NCBI GenBank assembly: GCA_028694075.1
Contig: JAQUUD010000002.1
Span: 1-38,987 of the forward strand
Origin: Clostridia bacterium
GTDB lineage: Bacteria > Bacillota > Clostridia > Christensenellales > UBA1242
Direction of reading: 5' to 3'
Length of the DNA: 38,987 nucleotides
In this document: positions 32,801 to 38,987 of the stretch, one piece after another
How the letters are laid out: the number at the start of each line of letters is the position of its first letter
Numbering within the stretch: the first letter of the stretch is position 1
Program-made: the position numbers and the translations under genes
Notes under the pieces: model-generated
What the model saw: the letters and a program-made list of their open reading frames with translations, nothing else
The model's database searches: none
Told to the model about the DNA's origin: nothing

Positions 32801-35800
32801 TCGGCTAGTCTTGACGAAACAAGAATAAACAGCAATATAACAGTGGGCAAAGATACACTAGGCAATGAAAAAGTTGCGTCATATGATAATTATTATTATC
32901 CTTTAAAAGAAATTAGTGTATTTAAAGATTTAAATTTCGATTTATATAAATTTGCTGTGATTGCAGTGACACTTCCAAATGAACAAGGCATTTATTTCTC
33001 TAACAAAGCCGATAATTCTTTCAATGCTTCTGGTGAGCAAGTGACAGAACTCAGTTCTTCGGAATATTTCTTCTATAATTCATTTAGTGAAAGCATGGCG
33101 CTTGTGTATACAACCGGACTTAATTATTATTATAAAACATTTGTTTACGGCAGAAATGAAACAATATCAACCTCAGCAATTGCTTCATCTTGGACAACTA
33201 CAACAGCATTTAGCGGAGCAAGTGAACCGGGCTTTGTGGGCATTTATTCGGCGGATTTATCTGTGCAATATACAGGTGAGATTTATGATTATACCGATTA
33301 TAATATGATAGCAGATAAACTTTTGAGCGTAGTAACATTAGATTTGCAATCTGATGTAGTCGAAACTGTAACTGTTGTTTTGAATAATCAAGAGTATCAA
33401 GCAAATATTCCATTTGAACTTAACTTTGATGGAATGCAAAATGTTTCAGTTTATGAAGCAATTTTGAATTGGAAAAACGGCGTAACCTCAGCCCCAGAAC
33501 TTGATAATATAACAAATTACGAGAAAGACAGTGAAGTTATGTCAGTTGAAGATTTGCAGAAATTAAAAGGCATTGTTTTATATAATGATACAATTTCCCT
33601 TGAAATTGTTAGCGGAATGGCTAGCAAAATAATGAATGTGCGAGTTTATTATAATGACACACAATATAAATCAAAAATTTATACAATCTCTAATAACAAC
33701 CCGCATTATTACTATATTTCAATTAACAGTATATTGGGGGACGAGATAGGACTTAATGTAGATGTTGATTATAAAGTTGAAATAACTTATACTTTAACAA
33801 ACATTGAAAGTGGGCAAGAAAATGATTTCGCAAACAACATTACTCTTGTAGATAATTTTGACAATGATGTCACCTATGTTTATAACTCAGATAATTCTTA
33901 CTGCACTTATACAATAACAGTCGGTTCGTTTGAAATTTCAGCATTTACTCCTAATCTGGTTAGCGGTTTGTATGAAGATTGCATTGATGTTATGCACGCC
34001 AGCGATTTTGTTAACAAAGTAAAAGCAAATATTAAAAAATATTATTTGGTTCAATATGCAAAAGATAATGTGATTTATTCAGTTACAGTGAATTATAATG
34101 TAACACCGCAATATTATGCAGTTGATACTTCCGGAAATACATCAGGAAATAATTATAAAGTTATTTATGTTGGTCAATATTTCCACGATGAAACAGATGA
34201 TTCATATGCTATTGAATATGACAAATGGACAGCAGGATTTAATCTTTTGGATTATAGCAATAATAAAATTAAATCTGTAAATTCTGCCGACGAAGATTTG
34301 TATTTTGAAATCCAGACAACAGACACCACAGACGGGCAAGGTACATCAACAGGTGCGGCATATTTAGATGAAACAAATAAAATAATAACAACAGAGGGCT
34401 TTAATGCCGAGCAACATTATATAAAAGTTTCAGTTTATACATATGTTGATAAAATTGCAAATCAAAAAGTGTTAATTGGTAACATTTATATAAAAATTGA
34501 CAGCACATCTTTGTTTGTATCAGTTCCGGGAAATTATAATGTAACAATTAATTCTCCGGAAATAGGAGGCTCAATATATAAAATCAACACTCCCTATACT
34601 TTTACAGCTAACACCGCAAAAATAGTCGATATTTTAAGTAATGAAAATATGGAAACAGTTGTAAATGATGATGGTGAAATCGGGTTTTTTACAGGAAATT
34701 CATATTATTATAAAGAACCAACAGATTGCGACTTTTCAGTTGTTTCCGTTATTTCAAGCATAGATGAATCTGTGTTTGAAGACGGTCGGCTAAGTATTAA
34801 AATAAACTTAAACGAAACCCAGAATTCAATTAATCAAAAAATTGAAATGCAAGCAACTGCTTTGCCAAAATCTCCATTGCTTGAATCCAAAACATCTAAC
34901 TCTTTTTTTCTATTAGTAAGTTATATTGGCGGGGTTTATTATTTAAATTATCAAATTGAAGAAGAAGGTGTAATACTTGATTCTTTCACAGTAGGATTTG
35001 ACGGTTATTATAATGTAACGATAAGAATTGAAGATATTTTTAATGAAATTTTCGTAGGCAGTGATTATACTTATAAAATTAATGTTATTGAAATAACAAG
35101 TGGAACGCAAACAGATTCATTATCCGTAATATATGCGGATAATTCTCTTATTTCTGAAACAAATATCGATGATACCGTTTTTTTTCTGCTTTCATACTAT
35201 GATGAAGCCACTCATCTAACTGAATGTAAGTTTGTGGGTCTAAAATATACCGAAGAAAATCAGAGACTTGCCGGCCCACTTGGTTATGCTATTGACTTGG
35301 AAAAATTGGGTGCTGAATCCTTGCTTTTAAAAAATTGCACAATTTCATTTTTAGGCAGTTTTGATTTGGATTGTCAAGATGAGGAAGAAAACATTAATTT
35401 ATTATTGTCTTATGGCTCTCTTGCTGTTGATATGACTTATAGCATCGCATTTATTGATAAATACAGTGATACAAATCCGTTTTGGGTTGATGACTATGCA
35501 AAATCTATGCTTAGTTTTGCAAGTGCTTCACAAAGTTTTGTTACAAGTTATCAATTTGAAGTTTCAGAAGAATTCCCAGAATCCCTAACTTATTTATTGC
35601 TTGAATCGTATGCAGGAAATGATAATTATTATTATGGCGTTTATGTTGGAAATAGCATTGATTTATATGGCATAAGCCCGGTTGTAAGTGGCGATGGGAA
35701 AGTAATAATTTTGAATGTACAAAATTATACAGTAGACAACGACAAAGTACGCATAAAAAATTATAATTCATATATCTCCACAAATGTTTCAGAATTGTTC

Positions 35801-36730
35801 GCGGGTGATGAAACTGTGGCAACATTTTGGCAATCACTACTTAATTCAAGTTCAATACTTTATACAGCAACTAATATCACAAAACAAACAAATTCGGTTG
35901 TGTATGACTCTCAAAATTTGAATTTAACGCAATATAAATTTGATTATGCTCCGGGTTTTTGGCAAGGTGGAGCAAGCAATGCTCAATTAATTGAAAATAA
36001 CATAAACTTAACGGCAGTAGTTTCAAGCATAATTAATGAAGATTCATATTATTTTAGTTTAAATAATCAGGCTGTAGAAATCGCATTTGCAGTTATCCAA
36101 GGCATTGAGTTGAATAATGTTAATATTTCGGCAATTTTAAATTATTACATAGGCGAATTTAATGGCACTGTCAAAATCAAACATTTAAACATTTCTGGAT
36201 TAATTGACGAAGAAGGTTTGCAAAAATTTGCAGTTTTTAATGTAAACAATTTGCTTGTATCAATAAAAACGGCAGTATTTGAAAATTTGGACGGAACAAA
36301 TTATTATTTAACAACAAATAATATATTAACCATATATTCAAGTGCGATAATGACCGGTGATGTTTTCAATTATAATGTGCCGTCGGCACTGCAAATGACA
36401 TATTATAAACTTACCGATGAAATCGGAAATATAGCATATTATGCCGTTGATGCCAACCAAACAACAACCATTCAAATCAACTGCGAAAATTTGGAGCAAG
36501 GCGAAATAATTACATTTAACAAATATGATATTTCAATTAATATTACCTCCTTAGATTTCCCACTGAATTTAATTGTTCCTTCGTCGATTTATTCACAGTC
36601 TTATATTCTAAGCAGTCAAAGTGAAAACTATTTGATTTATGTTCCGGCGAACACAACCACTTATGAAATTAATTTGAATGATTACTTTGGTTTAGCCCCG
36701 ATTGAGTTAACTATAACTCCTGAGAATTAA
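23864..36730 (+). CDS. Giant (4,288 aa) N-terminally membrane-anchored or secreted protein of unknown family; probable surface fibre or adhesin
   Basis: A 12,867-nt stop-free frame in very AT-rich DNA, with its own promoter, SD and a downstream terminator. The N-terminus MRFVK + FLTSFFSLIGVIGIIMGTMWLFGTF is a signal or anchor with no lipobox Cys. The remainder is acidic, rich in N/Y/S/T/I and poor in Cys. Confidence 0.9.
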   Translation: MRFVKIFLTSFFSLIGVIGIIMGTMWLFGTFNKPTVKPEEIHFELNEYYVDNNFMMVITSSTEDVDVNSITLSLSNQDGEANDEGYITDGVIIIPENVTLDTPFAVELVKKYNGELLKDWITGGVSEITAESESILTIDTSCNVFVDVPVESVGIKTYKSDTAQDETDSFALGDSFYAEAVFLPESSKFKFSTDETKKIIFDITTNLGAYIAQNETMTNEKISAGTPYIQGFDVLKTSDNIVINAYCFYSAKIENYYVEMGSSEDDLIRYMNQTSAGRSFADNLVFTKRTVNGFQISQSDIKNSLKFNDISYIYANNPAGTLPNLGINISSSDNSSIQSKISDVGIRALIKDNGIYREATENEILFTESNRVDYAENSAGEGLYFKNTEQQYVLLTTEIAVRYSFNGTIYAQSNKGAYYKVGDNYVLITETYGTTYDKYYLPTLVPVNVDNSYWTVIAVSESIEYVFEVKLFEKNDVIQELVETTLRTVEEAWVADSVVQTNLSWINGEDVQLIFVDSANNGDKDYQEYNLSDNIEIKNSDSTYTAVRYLAFTTDDTGVDSIIQNVQPASNYDLTGYNIPYALYEINGDILKSFGAGTVCVIAVIIKTDYLGRPMLDENDKYIIFAITKPSSAIKSYQELVVNINKTIQNLNAEITINDEAYLKNQPEEGLTDINKLAFVQNENGIVFTVDITITADEHTNIQDEINLFVNAWNQERIYLQAYTLSGILVSNILYFEQNIDQSMIISSSDGVLVGSAWTLPINVYTLECDTDTELYIKLIYEKTNEKISSTFLTEVNLPSELSDINIVGNSTYIKVEVYDGKAYEAGFAVITSSDNAIEKSVDIIQGDLIEANKYYASEINSAYMLGGEDITNTILDENGAFIIKFYDKYGNEIQIPATDYSVASSGTNKILTVTNYSSSLLPAQLPLTSTLYINETDTGEIRNVEFNDGNVREGAFESKYVDITSEYLVNNNYIAKITRYGAGGSVIQILGAGGLLKFEYLANDGTIYQLQNVIKYNFTTLNWETSYSGYLSLSGDNTSISVLKTTGTDIILNIIADTGLGTVIYIELTIKPNISSTYRVLTDQTGASDFVYQNTYYGIFSDNDVAVEITLNMMLYETFILSYLSDVTTNFLFDNNSTSYTINNILEIKITLTVHYNYSELGMKTIILRTDTGPYDYSRNINLNINPNLELVDSEENLLEKDLEFSVPDTVVPVLTSEDYQRIVSNEIINIAGITMNIATVSDGPVEHSQVFLINNSGNLETIENIFTVQGFGISLNSGATLAGTYLVILNVEYGNVVVGQINLYISTDMKANSSSQNYENYFADYNGKTHLVLVSLNQYDLVFISFLFENVNTVYFSPTAMQNVYQISDLKLIVDNLYSYTSGYYLHLSNSVGTITYPVLFSPLNIGFLKYDEGSATNPEATASANSDIGYLLDSDYLIENQIADVYNSGTESSLLNVNFSLDLNEDDYSFKNFGIDSVYLLAHIIGEGAGYYYYRVDGIGVLNTTYDFSLDSLSSTWTLIENDNIISAVFRSPNQEFIGVFSENSAFSEENQINQNKSNGISLDMYNNSSTYSYRIIDENANGTVDFSSLTTSNYASYTHNKAILKTESLTENHFVWLLALKSDQIVMAYRIYIIANSGLNIYYPHGNGIGTSAGDGIATDEAEYIYFKTTDGNNVIDFNQNIASYLPNSIAGTDIKRVMFQYGNENIGWTNATNYTLFYSIHKISVNGVEIKSTDSGAGTLFATYLTLNAQNQLTFKNTPDTLVIYIKVTAQIDGQALNATVYYKVFVNYSAINYALYYLDENDNLTGNKFTQTSAQIDYGDTYDFSNVALVNEIDSTLIIMNGNNYYFYSAEGKDLTDYVNLDIDSKTISINNNIELVSDLKVHLIMYTMFGTLIDIELTFKSSIDFVYNSAQTTVVYNSETSQYEVYSDTEFDLTSIFNVETQGTGIPADVSYWQYSLDNGLTYLSGNDIIFDQAQEGEYQVIIKVLLSDYDSITYKDDYITTIILKIKPSIISNYSELNLPMQLAGGIIEYPTIGAGQQEFSDLIYVESSVLIENILFSIQNLNILERYSLGVQVKDGNEYVSIFSLDLANNNFVLSFSSPADIVNIRLAFTLTHGDYSITSYLAFQLKPDVYLQINYPSPDDVTTYDSEAAYLSGEYINNSNLNDAYSYSSDNFTVRFNQTMSAYFKTTRIVFKNNSDESVDYAALLDRVVITVSDISNNLVASCSKDSIVFLNTNIDLSAGALLSSSINFQWVGTTPIATSTTGSVTFSIYIDGVHRGFYTIIFHSDMRNIFSIDINPHNQVINYGEGVNAEVFFVENENTGGLFSTNDALLSFTLRQSYATSLAGNTATWAFYQGFVNENTLLETITLNSTSSLIQVALSGQTEITLENIIILINGNEYVFNSSAQNSIFISYVNISAGYNLTYRATAYYLGTQISYSKYAETITFDDLIASEFVISKSNVDAINSARLVNVAVGGVSFASYYYTLIYDFKINQNSDSEHFTLEVSAGTEIASLTDTFSVTRYNGSKFTGDYFSINQNTLDAEVIMITDSEYETTGSSDNIKYLNSTYIEHYKPEYLSISSLPEFSNYIDYLNISPLQQSNKTYNFAIMANGAENNGNYVYIIITFKANEITTHLAYAVIKIFIQPVWTAEFYNEDQNANDEENQFIIYYDGLSSNQITPIILSATTSEENHINIYRGSDFNSNFAMTGYFKYLIQGELISYLKFDEQYKTGDYYFNTLKIMNSTNTAIYGDKSGYIEISDAYGFVMYYYITLRAQSNESLSYANQIINATGSDLFEGSTISIVDVGYNQDIDNPISTNYALKINHLQELIDEGYAYEITYLIDGVTVESYNSDPDATNYNTGKITVQSASFYTTTTGRQPVNLQIQLDISKGAYSETVIINAGINIVKRYTVNGSGNSYVRDNVPFNISDYIYVHDANISEDIGEISLSEKQFTLVVPSAYVGAVIRVSASLDETRINSNITVGKDTLGNEKVASYDNYYYPLKEISVFKDLNFDLYKFAVIAVTLPNEQGIYFSNKADNSFNASGEQVTELSSSEYFFYNSFSESMALVYTTGLNYYYKTFVYGRNETISTSAIASSWTTTTAFSGASEPGFVGIYSADLSVQYTGEIYDYTDYNMIADKLLSVVTLDLQSDVVETVTVVLNNQEYQANIPFELNFDGMQNVSVYEAILNWKNGVTSAPELDNITNYEKDSEVMSVEDLQKLKGIVLYNDTISLEIVSGMASKIMNVRVYYNDTQYKSKIYTISNNNPHYYYISINSILGDEIGLNVDVDYKVEITYTLTNIESGQENDFANNITLVDNFDNDVTYVYNSDNSYCTYTITVGSFEISAFTPNLVSGLYEDCIDVMHASDFVNKVKANIKKYYLVQYAKDNVIYSVTVNYNVTPQYYAVDTSGNTSGNNYKVIYVGQYFHDETDDSYAIEYDKWTAGFNLLDYSNNKIKSVNSADEDLYFEIQTTDTTDGQGTSTGAAYLDETNKIITTEGFNAEQHYIKVSVYTYVDKIANQKVLIGNIYIKIDSTSLFVSVPGNYNVTINSPEIGGSIYKINTPYTFTANTAKIVDILSNENMETVVNDDGEIGFFTGNSYYYKEPTDCDFSVVSVISSIDESVFEDGRLSIKINLNETQNSINQKIEMQATALPKSPLLESKTSNSFFLLVSYIGGVYYLNYQIEEEGVILDSFTVGFDGYYNVTIRIEDIFNEIFVGSDYTYKINVIEITSGTQTDSLSVIYADNSLISETNIDDTVFFLLSYYDEATHLTECKFVGLKYTEENQRLAGPLGYAIDLEKLGAESLLLKNCTISFLGSFDLDCQDEEENINLLLSYGSLAVDMTYSIAFIDKYSDTNPFWVDDYAKSMLSFASASQSFVTSYQFEVSEEFPESLTYLLLESYAGNDNYYYGVYVGNSIDLYGISPVVSGDGKVIILNVQNYTVDNDKVRIKNYNSYISTNVSELFAGDETVATFWQSLLNSSSILYTATNITKQTNSVVYDSQNLNLTQYKFDYAPGFWQGGASNAQLIENNINLTAVVSSIINEDSYYFSLNNQAVEIAFAVIQGIELNNVNISAILNYYIGEFNGTVKIKHLNISGLIDEEGLQKFAVFNVNNLLVSIKTAVFENLDGTNYYLTTNNILTIYSSAIMTGDVFNYNVPSALQMTYYKLTDEIGNIAYYAVDANQTTTIQINCENLEQGEIITFNKYDISINITSLDFPLNLIVPSSIYSQSYILSSQSENYLIYVPANTTTYEINLNDYFGLAPIELTITPEN

Positions 36731-36807
36731 TAAATTTAATAATTGATGGTTTAATAATTGACTAATTTAGAAAAATACAAAATTAATAATTGATGTAATA
36801 AAAATAC

Positions 36808-36836
36808 AAAAAATCCGATAATTTATCGGATTTTTT
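36808..36836. terminator. Bidirectional rho-independent terminator between the convergent giant ORF and the ATPase
   Basis: AAAAAATCCGATAA / TTATCGGATTTTTT, with an A-tract on one side and a T-tract on the other. Confidence 0.8.
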
Positions 36837-36977
36837 GTTTAACGCTTGTTTTACACTCAGTTAACACTCAGTTTATTAATAACTTAATATTTTGCTGTTT
36901 TTAAATAAGTTTTCCTTTTGAAATATGTATATATAAACAAGTATAAATCTTAATAATTGATTGCTTGCATAAAAATT

Positions 36978-38987
36978 TTATTCAGGGTGCTTGCGGTGAA
37001 CAATGTTTTTTACAAATTCGCTTATGAAAAATACTAATATTGATAAACCAACAATAATTATCCATTGCACAAAACTAAGGCTTATAAGCCTTAAATATGT
37101 GTGAAGCGGAGTTAAGGCGATGACTAAAATAATTGTCAATCCCGTGAGCAATGAAAATACTGCCCATTTGTTTTTAAATAAGTGATTTTTAAACGGATTT
37201 CTTTTTGTACGAATTGATAAAAAGTAAAAGAACTGCACAATATTTAATGAATAGAACGCCATAGACATTGCAATAGCATCACTGTTGAAAGTAAATTTGC
37301 CTATTAAAAAGCATACTAAAACAATGATACTTTGCACCAATCCCATTATAACAATCATTTTGCCAACGCCATTTGAAAATAAGTTTGATTTTGCTTTTCT
37401 CGGCTTTGTATTCATCATATTTTGCTCAGCAGGTTCTAAGCCTAATGCAATCGCTGGGAAAGTGTCAGTTATTAAATTTACGAATAAAAGTTGCACAGGA
37501 AGCAAAAATATTGTTTCTGGAAAGAATAGTGTTGCAACAAATATTGCTGTGATTTCTGCCAAATTTGCTGAAAATAAAAAGTGTACTGTTTTTTGAATGT
37601 TGGTATAAATTTTTCTGCCTTCTTCAACAGCAATAACAATGGTTGCAAAATTGTCATCTGTTATAATAAGGTCAGCAACTTCTTTGGTTACATCAGTGCC
37701 GGTTATGCCCATTCCCACACCAATATCGGCTTTTTTAATGCTTGGGGCATCGTTTACGCCATCGCCAGTCATCGCAACAATTTTTCCCTTACGCTTAAAG
37801 CCATCAACAATTCTCACTTTGTTTTCTGGGCTTACGCGAGCATAAACTGAAACCGTATCAATTATTTTATCAAAATCTGTATCATTCAATTTATCAATTT
37901 CAGCGCCAGTGATAACTTCTTTTTCGTTATCTATTATTCCGATTTGTTTTGCAATGGCAACGGCAGTATGCTTGTGGTCGCCTGTTATCATAATCGTTCT
38001 TATGCCGGCAGTTTTACATTTTGAAACTGCAAGGAACGCCTCTTTTCTTGGTGGGTCAATCATTCCTGCCATTCCAATAAAGACAAGATTGTCTTCCAGT
38101 GTCATTTCAGGTTTATATTCCACTATTTTTTTATAAGCGAAGCCAAGCACACGCAGAGCATCACTGCCCATTGTTTTATTTGCCTTAATGATTTTATTTT
38201 TTTGAATTTCAGTAAGTTCAAGTTCATCACCATTAATTCTCACATGTGTGCATTTTTTTAAAACTTCATCAACCGCACCTTTTGTAAAAACAATAAAATC
38301 ATTTTTATCGTTAAAATGCACGGTTGTCATAAGTTTGCGGACAGAATCAAATGGTATCTCGCCAATTCTTTCAAATTGCTGGTCTAAGGCTTGTTTTTCA
38401 AGTTGATGCTTGCTTGAATATTCGCAAAGAGCGGTTTCTGTTGGGTCGCCCACATAAACGCCGTGGCTTTTTTTGCTGTCATTGCAAAGGCACATTGCTT
38501 TGTTAAGCAAGACAAATTCTTCAATTACGAGATTGTTCTTTGCTTTTAAATCTAATTCATTATTATAATAAAGTGCTTGTAAAGTCATTATATTTTGAGT
38601 TATTGTTCCTGTTTTATCAGAACATATAATTTCGCAACTGCCTAATGTTTCAACTGCGTGAAGTCGTTTCACGATTGCTTTGCGTTTTGCAAGTCGTGCA
38701 ATTCCAAGACTCATTATAATGGTAATAACTGCCGGCAAACTTTCTGGAATCGCAGCCACGGCAATTGCAACTGCTGTTAAAAAGGCTTCTAACGGACTGT
38801 TTGGGCTAGCAAGCAATTCAATAACAAATGTAATTGCGCAAATAATTAGCACAATAAATGTTATAACTTTGCCAACTTGTTTTATTCCTTTCTGCAAAGG
38901 AGTTTCATCTTTTTTTGTTGTTTCCAAAAGTTTTGCAATTTTCCCAATTTCGGTGTTTTTGCCGGTTGCGATCACAACCGCAATGCC
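36978..38987 (-). CDS. P-type cation-transporting ATPase, P2 (Ca2+-ATPase-like); 5' end lies beyond the window
   Basis: Contains IPESLPAVITI (TM4 PEGLP-like), CSDKTGTITQN (phosphorylation site), MITGDH and TGDGVNDAPSIKKADIGVGMG. The frame is open to the last base of the window (GIAVVIATGKNTEIGKIA), so the GTG at 38975 is not the start. Confidence 0.92.
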   Translation of the reverse strand, partial: GIAVVIATGKNTEIGKIAKLLETTKKDETPLQKGIKQVGKVITFIVLIICAITFVIELLASPNSPLEAFLTAVAIAVAAIPESLPAVITIIMSLGIARLAKRKAIVKRLHAVETLGSCEIICSDKTGTITQNIMTLQALYYNNELDLKAKNNLVIEEFVLLNKAMCLCNDSKKSHGVYVGDPTETALCEYSSKHQLEKQALDQQFERIGEIPFDSVRKLMTTVHFNDKNDFIVFTKGAVDEVLKKCTHVRINGDELELTEIQKNKIIKANKTMGSDALRVLGFAYKKIVEYKPEMTLEDNLVFIGMAGMIDPPRKEAFLAVSKCKTAGIRTIMITGDHKHTAVAIAKQIGIIDNEKEVITGAEIDKLNDTDFDKIIDTVSVYARVSPENKVRIVDGFKRKGKIVAMTGDGVNDAPSIKKADIGVGMGITGTDVTKEVADLIITDDNFATIVIAVEEGRKIYTNIQKTVHFLFSANLAEITAIFVATLFFPETIFLLPVQLLFVNLITDTFPAIALGLEPAEQNMMNTKPRKAKSNLFSNGVGKMIVIMGLVQSIIVLVCFLIGKFTFNSDAIAMSMAFYSLNIVQFFYFLSIRTKRNPFKNHLFKNKWAVFSLLTGLTIILVIALTPLHTYLRLISLSFVQWIIIVGLSILVFFISEFVKNIVHRKHPE

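Noticed and set aside
37285-38136. Four plus-strand ORFs (68-103 aa) antisense to the P-type ATPase
   Set aside because: They are shadow frames of a well-supported minus-strand gene.

Overview
This is an AT-rich chromosomal segment (the rRNA genes excepted) that reads like the core genome of a low-GC Bacillota or Mollicutes-related bacterium. It uses the standard genetic code: TGA terminates clpX and lspA, and the conserved proteins are full length under table 11. Gene order is as follows. First come the 3' part of rpoD/sigA and a COG1579-type zinc-ribbon gene. Next is a small locus bracketed by a perfect 131-bp direct repeat, then a 23S-5S rRNA unit with its own promoter and no 16S or tRNA. 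These are followed by an alpha/beta hydrolase, an ABC-F ATPase (-), glnS, a YhhN-like membrane protein, a receiver-less Spo0A C-terminal-domain protein and a SPOR-like membrane protein (-). Then come groES-groEL, sepF, lspA-rluD, two small membrane proteins and tig-clpP-clpX. After clpX lies one uninterrupted 12,867-nt ORF (4,288 aa, one third of the window) encoding an N-terminally anchored giant protein with no domain I can recognise by eye. The window ends with the 3' two thirds of a convergent P2-type (Ca2+-like) ATPase. I saw no transposase, integrase, CRISPR array or tRNA. The giant ORF is the best candidate for something undescribed. Secondary oddities are the 131-bp repeat locus, the stand-alone Spo0A effector domain, the 16S-unlinked 23S-5S unit, and an 18-nt inverted copy of an internal 5S segment just downstream of the 5S terminator. 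All calls come from reading the sequence and remembered family motifs. No database search was run.
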